Assembly (NCBI RefSeq): GCF_009914755.1
Contig: NC_060931.1
Source of the DNA: the human T2T-CHM13v2.0 reference genome, Homo sapiens
DNA: 64,000 bases
Reading direction: 5' to 3' (one strand)
The position numbers and the translations under genes were made by a program. The notes beneath the pieces were generated by a model, which did not search any database, was not told the DNA's origin, and was given only the letters and a program-made list of their open reading frames with translations. Position 1 is the stretch's first letter. Each line of letters starts with the position of its first letter. Shown in pieces: positions 13,756-31,899 of the stretch.

Positions 13756-14135
13756 TAGTCAGCCCTTCATATCTGTGGATTTTGTATTCATGGATTCAAT
13801 CAACCACAGATAGAAAATATTTGAAAAAAATTATGTTTGTACTGAACAAGTACAGACTTTTTTCTTTCATGTTTCCCTCAATACTATTAACAATTATTAA
13901 TACTAATTATACTAATAATACTATTAACAACAATAATACTAACAACAACTATTTACATAGCATTTACCTTGTACTAGGTATGAGTAATCTAGAGATGATT
14001 TAAAGTATACAGAGGGATGCACCAATGTTATATGCAAATGCTATACCACTTTATATCAGGGACTTGCACATTCATGGATTTTGGTATTTGAGGGGGATCC
14101 TGGAACCAATCTCCCGTGGATACTGAGGGATGATT
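13756..14135. mobile_element. Tigger3/MER7-like DNA transposon with internal AAT/AAC expansion
   Basis: tagtcagcccttcatatctgtgg...gtggatactgagggatga; expanded low-complexity tract at ~13880-13950. Confidence 0.75.
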
Positions 14136-17100
14136 ATATATTCTTCTGTTGTTAGATGAAGTAGTCCATGTCCATTATATCCAGTTGACTGGTGGTGCTA
14201 TTTAGTTCAATTACACTCTTACTAATGTTCTGCCTGCTATATGTGTTCATTTCTAAAGGAGGGGTATTAAAGTCTCTAACAATAATGTGTTCATCTATTT
14301 TTTTGCCATTCTATCAGTTTTTGCCTCACTTACTTTGAATCTCTGTTGTTAGGTGCATACACATTAAAAACTGTTACGTCTTCTTGTAGAAGTGACCCTT
14401 TTATCATTATATAATGGCCCTCTTTGTTTCTGATAACCTTCTTTGCTCTGAAGTAGGCTATGTCTGAAATTAATATAGTTGTTACTGCTTTCTTTTGATT
14501 AATGTGAGCATGATATATCTTTCTCCATCCATTTTCTTTTAATTCACATGTGTCTTTATATTTAAAGTGCATTTCTTATAGACAACACATACTTAGATCT
14601 TGTATTTTGATATACTTTGATACTCTTTTAATTGGTACATTTAGACCATTGGCATTCAAAGTGATCATTGATATAGTTGGATTACTATCTACCAAATTTG
14701 ATAGTTTTGTTTTTATTGCCCTTGTTCTTCGTTTCTATTTTTCTCCTTCACTCTTTTTTTTTGCCTTTGTGGTTTTAATTGAGCATATTATATAATCTAT
14801 TTTCTCTCCTTTTTTAGCATATCAGTTATGCATTTTTTTAGTTTAGAGGTTGCCCTAGAGTGTGCAATATACATTTATGACAAGTCCAAGTTCACTTTCA
14901 AATAACAATATAACAATATACTACTTCGAGGGTAGTGCCAGTACCTTATAATAACCAGATAATCCAAATTCCTTCCTCCCATCCTTTGTATTATTGCTGT
15001 CATGCATTTTACTTATATATAAATAAAAATATACATAATCAAATACATTGTTGCTTGTATTACTTTGAACAAATTGTTATACGTTAGATCACTTAAGATT
15101 AAGAAAAATAATGGTGTTTATTTTTCCTTCACTTATTTATTCTCCCATGCTTTCTCTTTCCTCATGTAGATATGAGTTACAGACTGATATCATTTTCCTT
15201 CTCTCTAAAGGACTTCTTTCAACATTTCTTGTAAGGTAGGCTTACTGGCAATAAAATCCCTCAATTTTTGTTTGTCTGATTAAGTCTTTATTTCTCCTTC
15301 ACTTTTGAAGGATAATTTCACAGTGTACAGAATTCCAAATAGGTAGACTTTTTTTCTCTCAAACTTTAAATATTTTACTCCACTCTTTCTGTTTACATGG
15401 TTTCTGAGGAACAGTCAGATATAGTTCTTATCTTTGCTCATGTATAGGTAAGGTATTTTTTCCTCTGGCTTCTTTGGGGATTTTTTTTTATCTCTGATTT
15501 TATGTTGTTTGAAAATGATATGCTGAGGTTCAATTTTTCTGGCATTTATTCTGCTTGGTGTTCTCTGACTTTCCTGGATCCGTGGTTTGGTGTCTGACAT
15601 TAATTGGGGGAAAATTCTAAGTCATTAATGTAACAAGTATTTCTTCTCTTCCCTTCTCTCTTTCTTCTCCTTCTGGTATTCCTGTTATGCACATGTTATA
15701 CCTTCTGTAGTTGTCCCATAGTTCTTGGATATTCTGTTCTGGTATTTTTCAGTATTTTTTTTCTCTTTTCTTTTTGGTTTCGGAAGCTTGTATTGAAATA
15801 TCCTCAAGCTGTTTTTTTTTTTTTTTTACTCCCCCTGAGCTGTGTCCAGTTTACTAATAACTCCTTCAAAGGCATTCTTCTTTTCTATTACAGTGTTTTT
15901 GACCCCTAGCATTTCTTTTTGGTACTTTCTTTGAATTTCCATCTCTTTGCTTATATTGCCCATCTGTTCCTGCATGCTGTCTACTTTATTCATTTATCCC
16001 TTAGTATTTTAATTATAGTTGTTTTAAATTCCTTGTCTGATAATTCCATTAACACTGCCATATCTCAGTCTGGTTCTGGTGCTTGGTCTGTCTCTTCAAA
16101 CTGTTTTTTTGCCTCTTAGTATGCCTTGTTGTTTTTGTTGACAGCCAGGCATGATGGACTGGGTAAAAGGAACTGCTGTAAATTGGACTTCAGTAATGGG
16201 TGGTAAGCTGTGTGGGGAGGGGAAGCATTCTATAGTCCTATGATTAATTAGGTCTCAGTCTGTTAGTGAGCCTGTGCCTCCAGATTATGAACTTCACAAG
16301 TTCTTCTCAGTTTTTTTTTTCACCCAAAGGTAGGACGGGAGGGCTAAAGTTAGCTGGAGTTTGACTTCAGCTCAGTTAGGCTCTGATAAAACCGCAACAG
16401 GTTAGGCTCTCTGATTAGTTTCTTCTGAGAGAAGATCTTGCTAAGAACAGGATGTTCTGGCGTTTTCAAAATGGTCCCTTCCCCTGACTCCCCACCCCTG
16501 CTGGAAGCACAGGAAGATATTTCTCTGACATTCACTGTGAGAAACTGGTAAAACACCAGTAGGTAAAACTCACAAAACTGTGGGGGCCCTTGATGCCTGG
16601 GGTCCCTTGGGGTTTTTATTTCTTAGACTTGTCCACACTAAGCCTCCAGCAATTCTTCAATCACAGTTCAGGTTTCCCTTCCCCAGCACTGGTTACTGCA
16701 GAGGTGTCTGCTCCAGTAAGTTGTGACTTCCTGTATTCACCTGATGGTCTCTCCAGTCTGGGGAGCAGAGGTTTGCCCTGTGACATCACTTCTCCTATGA
16801 ATCTAAAACAGGCTGATTGTTTTTCAGTGTGTTCAGCTTTTTACTTATTAGACAAGGCAGCAACTTCCAAGTTTCTTACATGCTAAACTAGAAACTGTAA
16901 ACCATACATAGTTTTAAAACTCAATTCAATAATTTTTTGTAAAAAATCAAAATTAGAAATGTTACTTCTTCCCTTCCAAATTTCCACTCCCTGGGGAAAG
17001 TAGGAAATGTTTACATTAATTTTGAGATAAGACAGACTAGTTTTCCACTTTATAGTTGTTTTTCTGATAGTGAGCTTCATAATTTCTAAATACCACGCTT

Positions 17101-17170
17101 ATACTGTCTCAATTTTTTAATCTTAAATATTATTTTTTCCCAATGAAAAATGAGTATTTAACTCTCTCAC

Positions 17171-17173
<3 letters not shown>

Positions 17174-17203
<30 letters not shown>
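17174..17203. repeat. (CA)n microsatellite
   Basis: Perfect CA run. Confidence 0.95.
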
Positions 17204-17205
<2 letters not shown>

Positions 17206-17837
17206 CCCCAATCGAATATCTAATTCCATTAATGTCATAATTATAGTTACATCAATATTCACTGTTTATATTATATGATTATATGACTATCATTTCCAGC
17301 TGAACATGTAGGCATAATATATTTCTTTGCTTGCTTTTTTTTTCTGTCCCTGGAGTTATTAGCAGCTTCTTTTTTATTTGTTTGGTTTTTTATGTCCATC
17401 TCTTATTTATATCTTGACTTTCAAACAGAACTATAAGTACTCTCTCAAAACTGTCAAATGCATCTGTTAAAATGTCAGTTTTATTACTTCTTAGAGACAT
17501 CCTGCTTGGCCTCCTTAACCCTCTCGTGCCAATCTCTGAATTAGTGTTTCTCTTGACCTGCTTCTCTTCCATCATCCTGTTTTGTCCCTTTAACACCAGT
17601 CTGGGAACTGCCTGAGTTTTGCTCCTGTGTTGGGTGCCTTTCAGTATCTAGGACCTATGGCACCAACTTTCCCAGTTTACTTCTTCATTGAGTGGCATAT
17701 TTCCTCCAGTAGTTTCTTGCAAAAAGGTGCACGTTAGTTAAATTTTTTGAGTTTTTATACCTGACTTTAACAACTGATTAAAAGTGTAAATAGGTATAGA
17801 ATGCTGAGTTGGTAATCATTCTCCCTCAGCATTATAA

Positions 17838-18169
<332 letters not shown>

Positions 18170-21100
18170 TAGCTTCCAACATTGCTGTTGAGAAACCCAA
18201 TGCTGTTCTGATTCCTGAAACTTTGCATGTGACTTGTTTTATTTTTCTTTCTTTCTGGAAGGTTTAACTTCTTCACTTTGTTCTCAGAAGTCTGAAAATT
18301 CATAACTATTTCTCATACTGCATTGTCCTCCCATCACTGTACCAAATACTTAATTAGAGAACTCAAGTCTTTCTGTTCTGGGTTTTTTGTTTTTTTTTTT
18401 TTTTTTTTGGTTCTACTTCTTAGTTAATTTTCTCTCTTTTGTTTTCCTACCTCTTTATTTCTGGAACTCCTTTCCCTTGTCTAATTTTCTTGTCTATTTT
18501 CTCCTTTTTCTCATCTCTATTATTTTTCTGCCTTCTGAAAGATTTCATCTTTATCTTCTAAATCTTCTATTAAATTTTTCACTTTTGCTATCATGTACTT
18601 AATTTTTAAGAGTTTTTGTTGCTGTTCTCTGAATGTTTCTTTTCATATGCATTATCTTTTCTTACTTCTCAAATTTTACTTATAATTTTCTAGTATTTTC
18701 TGTTCCTTGCCTTAAACTGTGTACCCTGCAAGTCTTTTTTCTTCTGTTCTATACACTCTATTTTATGTTAAAGAGTTTGCTCAGGTATTCAGTGATACTT
18801 GGATCTTTGTTCATATGTAAGGATGAAGAACTGCAAAATAGAGGGTGAGTGGTTGGGGCTTTTGAACTTCACTGATAGATACAGACCCAGCCGTTTGCTG
18901 GGAATCCTCAATAATCAGTATCTGTTCATTTTTCTCTTGGATTGGTCAGTCTCCAGAAGAGAAATCCTTCAAATTCCTGCTTGGGATATATAAGCCTGTC
19001 TGTCAACATTTTCCTGGAGCTTAGTAGGAAAAGGCAGGCTACAGGGAGGAAGGATTCTCTCTGTTTAACACATAGCGTTACCTTGTTTCCAGGTGGTGCT
19101 CTGCCCACAGCTGTGTCTGTGTCTCTAAGGCCAGAGCCTTCCTGATTCAGAGTATCACCTCCCATCTTCTGCCCAGCTGGGAGAGGACAGTTGTCTTGTA
19201 AAGAACATGGGAAGGGAATCTAGGAGCCCAGCTGATTCTTCTTTGGAGTTGCAACCCAAATCACTCCCAGGTATAATTTCTGGATTTTTCTGAGGTTCTG
19301 CAGAAAAACTTTATCTTCCCCTAGGCAGTCCTCACTTCATTTAGTCTTAGGCTTTCTCTGGTCTCACCATTTGCTTTCATATTCCCCAAATTTTGGTGCA
19401 ATTGTCTTCTCTTCCATTCTCCTTGTCTTTTAAGTTAATGCCTTTAAAAATTCCCTTTACTGATACTTCAGTGGAATTAGCAGAGATTAATAGATGCCAT
19501 GTTTTCTTGGCTTTTTAAAAGATTAAATGTAATTCCATGTTTTATATATGATTTTCAAAAAATGAATTACCAATCGTAAATTACAACAGTATGCAATACA
19601 CTTAGGGTGAATAAGATTAGAAGCTTAAATAAGGTTGATGTTTTGTACTGGTGATATTTTAAAATCCAATTTGGTATTAGATGATTAATATAGCACTTTT
19701 ACCTAATTTATTAGAGAATTAGTTTAATTTCATTAAACTAGACAATCCTGTTTTATTCTCAACAATGGAAAAGTAGGATTATATAGAAGAATATATTCTT
19801 TCTTTCCTTCCTACCCTATCCCTATGGCATTCAGCCACACATAGATTACACAGACACTTTGTTCTCAAGCATAACTTGGGCTTCAAGCATAACGGAATAT
19901 TCTTCTGAAAGAGAAGACAGATGACAGCAAAGTAGAAAACAAGTTGTCTAATGCATTTATTTGGTAGAGCCTGCTTTGCAGTCAGTCTGTATGAACTTTT
20001 GTATTGGGGAGAACTTGGGGTTGCTTTACTGGCATCCTTTTCTCACTGCATTTATATTAAGGTGACATCAGGAAGTGCTCCAGCTGCCATCAGGTACAGG
20101 GTGCTATGAAAGAAGAATGTGGATATAGGATAGAAAGAAAAATACCTGTCTCAGTGTCTGAACCACCTTATTAACAAAAACCTTCCAGAAGCAAAGGAAT
20201 GATTTGGGCAAAACACCAGTAACCTAAGTGGAAAATAATTTTCATAAGGAAAAATGGGATAATAAGCACATCTCTCGACAAATCATTCTTTCTTTCCTTT
20301 CCTCTTTTTAGATGCACTGACTAGAGAGAGAAATGTTCTTCTCAATGCACTCATGATATAAGGTCTCTTACCCTGTCCTTCATTTGCCCTTAGAAAAGTT
20401 AGAGAGCGCCAAACAACCACGAATTTTATGACTCCACTCTTTCATCAAACATTATGGAAGGAGTTTAGGTAAACTTGATATCCTTTACTACCCGTCTACG
20501 AGATTCTTGTTTTTCAAAATAAACCCCTTTTCACAGATAAAGTCTGAAGTTTATGTAACCAGTCTAGCTATTCTGGGAAGCAACCTTGCTGTCTAGGTTA
20601 GATACACCCTGACCAGTGTGGATGGATGCACAGAGAATGTCCACCTGCGAGGAGGGGAAAGCCTGGAGTGTGAGGGAACACCAGCTCTGGGGACAAGTAA
20701 GTGCACATTCTGGCTCTGTCACTTACGAACCAGTTGATTTTGTTTGCATGAATGAATTTACATGTCCTTTCAACAGAAACAGAAAGCTATGTGATTTAAT
20801 CACTTATTTTCTTTTGCCTTTGCTTCTAGAAATTTTGGAACTAAGTCCAGCACTCTGTTGTATCAGATGACTCATTTGAAGTAGCTCATAGTATCTCTTC
20901 CATTTGTTTCCTTAGATGATCTTTACTATGTTTGGTTGCCAATGTATCAATTTGTACTTCAATTATATTTTAAGCAAGAAGTCATCAGTTATGAATCTAA
21001 ATGTCAACTCCCTTGATGTTCCTATAAACTTTCACTAATCCAGGCTGACCTGTCTCCAAGTGGCTCTTGATGCCACTTTACTATCTCTGATGATTTGTGC

Positions 21101-21361
21101 TAGGTGAGTGGTATGATGTGCTAATTTCATTTAATTTCATTTTTTATTTTATATAAAGATGATTTGGTGTTGATATTTTCAAGTCTGGGTTTTAAAGTTG
21201 CAGGGTTTTCTGAAAATGCCAAAGGGGAAGTACATCAAGCTATATGGCTTTCATTCTCTATCAGAAGAAATCCTACACATTCATAAATTAATAAATTTGA
21301 CTTAGAAGTGCCATCAAGTATCTATTTCTATTCCTTCAAAGTACATGTGTAATTCACTCAA

Positions 21362-21437
21362 AAAACATTTATTGAATACCCATTATGTACCAGACCTGTA
21401 CTAGTCTTTCAGAATACGGACATAAAAACAGCTCTTG
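21362..21437 (-). mobile_element. L2 3' end, split by L1-A
   Basis: acatttattgaatacccattatgtaccagacc; L2 sequence resumes after 27626. Confidence 0.65.
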
Positions 21438-21875
21438 GACGGTTCCAAGATGGCTGAATAGGAACAGCTCCGGTCTGCAGCTCCCAGCGTAATTGACACA
21501 GAAGACGGGTGATTTCTGCATTTCCAACTGAGGTACCTGGTTCATCTCATTGGGACTGGTTGGACAGTGGGTGCAGCCCATGGAGGGTGAGCCAAAGCAG
21601 GGTGGGGGCGTCACCTCACCCAGGAAGCACAAGGGGTCAGGGGATTTCCCTTTCCTAGCCAAGGGAAGCTGTGACAGACTGTACCTGGAAAATCGGGACA
21701 CTGCCACCCAAATACTGTGCTTTTCCAGTGGTCTTAGCAAATGGCACACCAGGAGATTATATCCCACACCTGGCTTAGCAGATCCCACGCCCACGGAGCC
21801 TTGCTCACTGCTAGCGCAGCAGTCCCAGATCAAACTGCAAGGTGGCAGTCTGGCTGGGGGAGGGGCATCTGCCAT
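21369..21875 (-). CDS. Extended L1 ORF0-like ORF (168 aa) reading out of L1-A into flanking DNA; expression unknown
   Basis: MADAPPPARLPPCSLIWDCCAS... ORF0 N-terminus; no stop until 21369. Confidence 0.5.
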   Translation of the reverse strand: MADAPPPARLPPCSLIWDCCASSEQGSVGVGSAKPGVGYNLLVCHLLRPLEKHSIWVAVSRFSRYSLSQLPLARKGKSPDPLCFLGEVTPPPCFGSPSMGCTHCPTSPNEMNQVPQLEMQKSPVFCVNYAGSCRPELFLFSHLGTVQELFLCPYSERLVQVWYIMGIQ

Positions 21876-22476
21876 TGCTGAGGCTTGAGTAGGTAAACAA
21901 AGCAGCCTGGAAGATCAAACTGGGTGGAGCCCACCGCAGCTCAACAAGGCCTGCCTGCCTCTGTAGACTCCACCTCTAGGGGCAGGGCATAGCCGAAAAA
22001 AAGGCAGCAGACAACTTCTGCAGACTTAAACGTCCCTGTCTGACAGCTCTGAAGAGAGTAGTGGTTCTCCCACCATAGTGTTTGAGCTCTGAGAATGGAC
22101 AGACTGCCTCCTCAAGTAGGTCCCTGACCCCTGTGTAGCCTAACTAGGAGACACCTCCCAGTAGGGGCCAACTGACACCTCATACAGCTGGGTGCCCCTC
22201 TGAGACAAAGCTTCAAAGGAAGAATCAGGCAGCAATATTTACTGTTCTGCAATATTTGCTGTTCTGCAGGCATCTGCTGGTGATACCCAGGCAAACAGGG
22301 TCTGGAGTGGACCTCCAGCAAACTCCAACAGACCTGCAGCTGAGGGACCTGACTGTTAGAAGGAAAACTAACAAACAGAAAGGAATAGCATCAACATCAA
22401 CAAAAAGGACATTCACACCACAACCCCATCTGTAGGTCACCATCATCAAAGACTAAAGGTGGATAAAACCACAAAG

Positions 22477-23501
22477 ATGGGGAGAAACCAGAGCAGAAAA
22501 GCTGAAAATTCTAAAAACCAGAGCACCTCTTCTCCTCCAAAGGATCGCAGCTCCTTGCCAGCAATGAAACAAAGCTGGATGGAGAAGGACTTTGACAAGT
22601 TGACAGAAGTAGACTTCAGAAGGTTGGTAATAACAAACTTCTCCAAGCTAAAACAGGATGTTTGAACCCATCACAAGGAAGCTAAAAACCTTGAAAAAAA
22701 GATTCAATGAATGGCTAACTAGACTAAACAGTGTAGAGAAGACCTTAAATGACCTGATGGAGCTGGAAACCATGGCACGAGAACTACGTGACCCATGCAC
22801 AAGCTTCAGTAGCCAATTCAATCAAGTGGAAGAAAGGGTATCAGTGATTGAAGATCAAACGAATGAAATGAAGTGAAAAGAGAAGTTTAGAGAAACAAGT
22901 GTAAAAAGAAATGAACAAGCCTCCAAGAAATATGGGACTATGTGAAAAGACCAAATCTACGTCTGATTGGTGTGCCGGAAAGTGACGGGGAGAATGGAAC
23001 CAAGCTGAAAAACACTCTTCAGGATATTATCCAAGAGAACTTCCCCAACCTAACAAGGCAGGCCAACATTCAAATTCAGGAAATACAGAGAACACCACAA
23101 AGATACTCCTTGAAAAGCACAACCCCAAGGCATATAATTGTCAGATTCACCAAGGTTGAAATGAAGGAAAAAATATTAAGGGCAGCCAGAGAGAAAGGTT
23201 GGGTTACCCACAAAGGGAAGCCCATCAGACTAACAGCTGATCTCTCAGCAGAAATTCTACAAGCCAGAAGAGAGTGGGGGCCAATATTCTACAATTTTAA
23301 AGAAAAGAATTTTCAACACAGAATTTCACATCTAGCCAAACTAAGCTCATAAGTGAAGGAGAAATAAAATCCTTTACAGACAAGCAAATGCTGAGAGATT
23401 TTGTCACCACCAGGCCTGCCTTACAAGAGCTCCTGAAGGAAGCACTAAACATGGAAAGGAATAACCAGCACCAGCCACTGCAAAAACATGCCAAATTGTA
23501 A
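22477..23501 (+). pseudogene. L1 ORF1p, frameshifted
   Basis: MGRNQSRKAENSKNQ...RPNLRLIGVPE...QKHAKL* in several frames. Confidence 0.95.
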
Positions 23502-23564
23502 AGGCCATTGATGCTAGGAAGAAACTGCATCAAATAACAGGCAAAATAACCAGCTAACATCATA

Positions 23565-27393
<3,829 letters not shown>

Positions 27394-27626
27394 ACAATGC
27401 GAACACTTGGACACAGCATGGGGAACATCACACACCGGGGCTTGTCATAGGGTGGGGGTATAGGGGAGGGATAGCATTAGAAGAAAGACTTAATGTAAAT
27501 GATGAGTTAATGGGTACAGCAAACCAATATGGCACATGTATACATATGTAACAAACCTCCTGCACGTTGTGTACATGTACTCTAGAACTTAATGTATAAT
27601 TAAAAAAACAAAAAAACCAGCTCTTG

Positions 27627-29670
27627 CTTCTGAAAGATGCCACAGTCTATTGAGAAAAACAAATAAGAAAATAAGCAAGTGTGATAATGCCATAGTAAAA
27701 TGCTAGGAGAACATGGATTTGGAGCCCACTGCTTCTAACAGGATCTGATGATTCTGAAATGATTTTAAATGTGTTTAGCTTTCATAGGTAACAGCTTTCC
27801 AAAGTATTTGAGCCAATATATTTTCTTACCTGCAATGTATGAGAGTTCTAACTATTCCACATCCTGGCCAACACTTGCTATTGTATGTCTTTGTAATTTT
27901 AGCCGTTCTGATAGATATGTCATGGTATCTCATTGTGGTTTTAATTTGCATTTCCCTGATGAGTAGATGTTGGTGAAGGCAATAGGTGGGAAAGGGTAGA
28001 TGGAGGAAGAGGCATTATAGACAGAGAGACCAACATGTACAAGTAGACACAGAAACTAGAGAAAATATGTATCGTAGGTGCACAGGATAGCAAGAGACAA
28101 GGCAAGAGAGAACACAAGGAGGAGTATCAAAAGCCTTGCCCAACACACTGAGAAGGTTGAGCATCTCATAAAATCACTGGAAAGCTAGCCATAAAAATAT
28201 TTTATAAGTAAGACATAAATGTAACCAGATCTACAGTTAAATGATCCCTCTAACAACAGTGTGGAAGACAAATTGGAGGAAGGAATACTGGAGGAAACGG
28301 CAAGGGAAGGAGGTAAGTAGGGCTTGAATAGAGGCAATGCCACCAAGGACATGCCAAGAGAGTGGTTTTTAAGGACATTTAGACAATAAAATCTACAGGT
28401 TTGGCTCAACACAGGAAATGAGGAGGATGAGGAGCACAAGATGGCACCCAGCATTCGGGCCTGGCAGACATGCTATACTTGAAATAGGGGTAGAATATCT
28501 AGAAACCAAGCAGTGTGTCCTGGAGGTCTGGTATTTGTTTACCTTACAAAACAGTTAAAAGGATTTTGTTTTCAAAGCTTAATTCATAGGACCACCAGAA
28601 TTATATTTCCAAAGGGGCCCTGGGAGTTGAGAGAGGAGATAAACATAGTGTCTTGGTCTTTGAGAGCAGAAAAAAGGGTTCCTGGGGCAAATTCTGCACT
28701 GATGAAGAGGGCTGCCTTCACTATCTCTCCCAGAGAAGTGCTCCAAAGCTGGCAGAAGACCCTCAGTCAAAGGCAACACTGTACAGCAGAAGCAAAAGTA
28801 CAAGATACCAACTTCTGTAGACTACATACAGGTCGTCAGCATGTGTGGGGTGGGTAAAGCCATGAAAAAGAGTGAGCTTATGCTAGGATTGCTTAGACTG
28901 TGAGAGGAGAAAAGGGCCAAGATGATGGGAAGCATCAGTGTTTAACAGGTGGAAAGCCTGAAAAAGAATGTCCAGAAAGGCAAGAAGAGAGCCAGCAAAG
29001 AGCAATGTAATGGAAACCAAGGAGGAGAATTTTATGAAGGAAGTGATCAATATAGTCAAGTGCTGGAAAGAGAAGTGAAATAACATGAGGATTTTAAATA
29101 GTTAGAAAATCTTTAATGACTTTGCAGAAGCCACTTCACTAGGTTAATGGGATGTAAGCCTCATTATGGAGAGCTTTAGAGTAAATGAGCAATGATAAAG
29201 TGCAGAGAATGGTTTATATTATTTTGGGGGGTTAATAATGAAGTTGGAAAAATATAGGGTGATCTCTAAGAAGAATTACAAATTTAGGGGAAAGAACTTT
29301 CCTTTAATGTGGTAGAACCTGTAGCATGGTAAAAGGCTATGGAGAAGAAGCCAATGATAATAGGTTGAAAAAAATGGAAGAGAAAAGAAGCTAAGAAGTA
29401 ACTGAAGCATTAGAAGGGAAATCTCCAGAGAAATCTAAGGATTGTCAACTATGCCAACTGTTTAAACAACTTCAAGAAACATAAGGACAGAGAACAGTCT
29501 ACTGTATTTGGCAATTAGGGCATCAGTAAGAGTTGTTTTGAGAAGTTCACTTGAGTGTTGGGGACAGAAGCAGAGTACAAGGAGCTGAGAATCTAAGGGG
29601 ATATGGGAAACTGAAGACAGAAAATTGAACACTACATTTTCAAAGCACTTGGCTGTGATTGGAAGAAGAA
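27627..29670 (-). mobile_element. L2 fragments (with small L1M piece at ~27780-27962)
   Basis: Purine-rich degenerate L2 motifs (gatctacagttaaatgatccctct, gtatttggcaattaggg...gagaagttcacttgagtgttggggacagaag). Confidence 0.55.
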
Positions 29671-31019
29671 AAGTAAATTATTTAATCCTACCTATCATTT
29701 CTGCTAGGCCCATGGTCTCCTCTGAGTGGCCAGTATCCAGTGATCTTGCCCTGCTTATTGGACAGGAGTGGACACTAAGCCAAGGGAAGTTTACCTTATG
29801 GGCATAGCTGTCAATCAAAGGGGAGCACCCAAAGTAATGCACAATTTGCTTTTTCTTAGTGGATCCTCTTTCTGGGAGAAATTAAAAGTGTACTCACAGT
29901 TCAACGACAAATACACAGTGACACTACTGGAAGAGACTCATTTGTTTTTGGAGTTATGAAGCACTCTCCTTTTTCTTGGATTAATTTATCTCCATGGTAA
30001 TTAACCAACAAAATTATGTTCAGAGATATAGTTTCTGTTAGATTGCCTTTCAGAGATTAGATCTTTCCTTTTCTACACTTCCCTTTATTTTGAGCCATGA
30101 ATAGCAAAGCAAAGGACCATTAAGTATCCTATTAGCCAAATGCTTTAGTTTACACCATGATGATCTCAGAATACCTAAGTAATCAGTCAATACATTTTTT
30201 TAAAAGCCAAATAAGTTAATAATCTTAATGAAGTCTGACTTCATTAAGTCATTTTTGTAGTTCATTTTTGTAGTTTTTAGTGTAATTTAGAGACATAGCT
30301 CAAATCAACTTCCTCATTCTATAAGTAGAGGTACACATAATTATGCCCTTAAAGCTAATCAGGATTTTCAAAAGTCAAGCATACCATGGGCTGTGGCTTT
30401 TATTAGTCACAGCCTCCGGAAATGTTGATTCAGCTGAGTAGGAGGCAATGGGAGCATTCATTGTGACTTAGTTAATAGTCATGTGTGGGGGAAGGGTGCA
30501 GAACTGGGTAGAAGATGAAAGAAGATAAGCACATGTTTAAAAGAATTGCATTAAACAACTTTTTACTATGGTTAGAAAAGTAGCATTTGTTTTTTTCATG
30601 CTGTAATATGTTCAGCTTCATAATGAGTTGTGACATTTACAGCATTCTTTTAAAGATATCTGGGCAGAGCAAAGCCAGGGAGGAAATTACTGAGCATGAC
30701 TACTGGCAACTGGTGATAAATACTTTCGCATTATTTAAAAATATTTAATGGCCACTGTCTTTATTGTGCAAGGTATACTACCATTTCATTATCATTTTTC
30801 AGATACGTGACTCAAGTTACCAAGTTGCCATGACTGCCTACTGGAGATGAAGGAAACAAAATCATCATTACTGAAAAATTCTTGAAGAAAAAAATGTTCA
30901 TCAATTTGGAGATACCTGTCTTCCAGAATACTTGAGATTATTCTTTAAAAACAATTTTTACCACATATAAACAGAAGCCAAGGCTAACTCAAGATAAAAA
31001 TTTAGGTCTTAAGGATCTT

Positions 31020-31300
31020 TCATGCCTGTAATCCCAGCACTTTGGGAGGCCAAGATGGGCATATTACTTGAGCTCAGGAGTTCAAGACCAGCCTGAGCAG
31101 CATGGCAAAATCCTGTCTCTACAACAAATATAAATATTAGCCAGGCATGGTGGCGAGTGCCTGTAATCCCAGCTACTCAGGAGGCTGAGGCAGGAGAATC
31201 ACTTGAATCTGGGAGGCTGCGGTTGCAGCGAGCTGAGATTGCACCTCTGCACTACAGCCTGGGTGACAGAGTGAGACTGCATCTCAAAAAAGAAAAAAGA
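31020..31300 (+). mobile_element. Alu (S-type), 5'-truncated
   Basis: catgcctgtaatcccagcactttgggagg...gagactgcatctcaaaaaag. Confidence 0.92.
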
Positions 31301-31739
31301 TATACTTTGGGTGTGGATAGATGTAATATTTCTGAGAGAAAAGATCTTTTTTGCTCACTTTAAAAATTGTTCCTCCACCGCATCTCACCACTCCACAGCC
31401 TAAAATCACCTGATATTGATCCCTGTTCTATCCAGAGTATTAGTGATGTGTAGTATCTATTCAAAAAGTGCTCCAATACTGTCTTTGAGGTTTCCTCCCA
31501 GGCTACCGGCACCCATTCTGTAGCTTTTGCTGCTCTCAAATCTTGAGTTTACCAGAAAGTGTCAATAAAAGTTTATTATACAAGAATCAGGACCATATTC
31601 CTTCCTCAAATGGCCCTTTAATGATTGTTGAATAAAATATCAAGGAGTTGCTGTGGTCTACTCATATCGTCCTAAAAACCAAGTTTGTACAAGTAGATAA
31701 CAATCACTATGTTAGAACAACTTCTTGGCTGAAAGCAAG

Positions 31740-31830
31740 TACAAGACACCATTGATTATAAGACGCATCCCAATTTTAGACATGTTAACATGTGAAAACA
31801 AAAAACAGGCTTATCTTCAAGACATATTTT
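31740..31830. mobile_element. MER104/Kanga-like TcMar fragment
   Basis: ccattgattataagacgcatcccaattttagacatgttaacatgtgaaaa. Confidence 0.45.
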
Positions 31831-31899
31831 TAAACCTAGAAGAAGAGAAGGAAAAGGATGAGGAAAAGGAGAAGAACAAGAGAAAACTGTTCAAATAAT

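Noticed and set aside
19865-19893. Small direct repeat tcaagcataac x2 (similar ones at ~30249 and ~54704)
   Set aside because: Ordinary slippage micro-duplications; not an array or CRISPR-like structure.
30780-30900. Splice-acceptor-like tttttcag followed by an X-box-like gttgccatgac
   Set aside because: All three frames stop within 16 codons; an isolated motif is insufficient.
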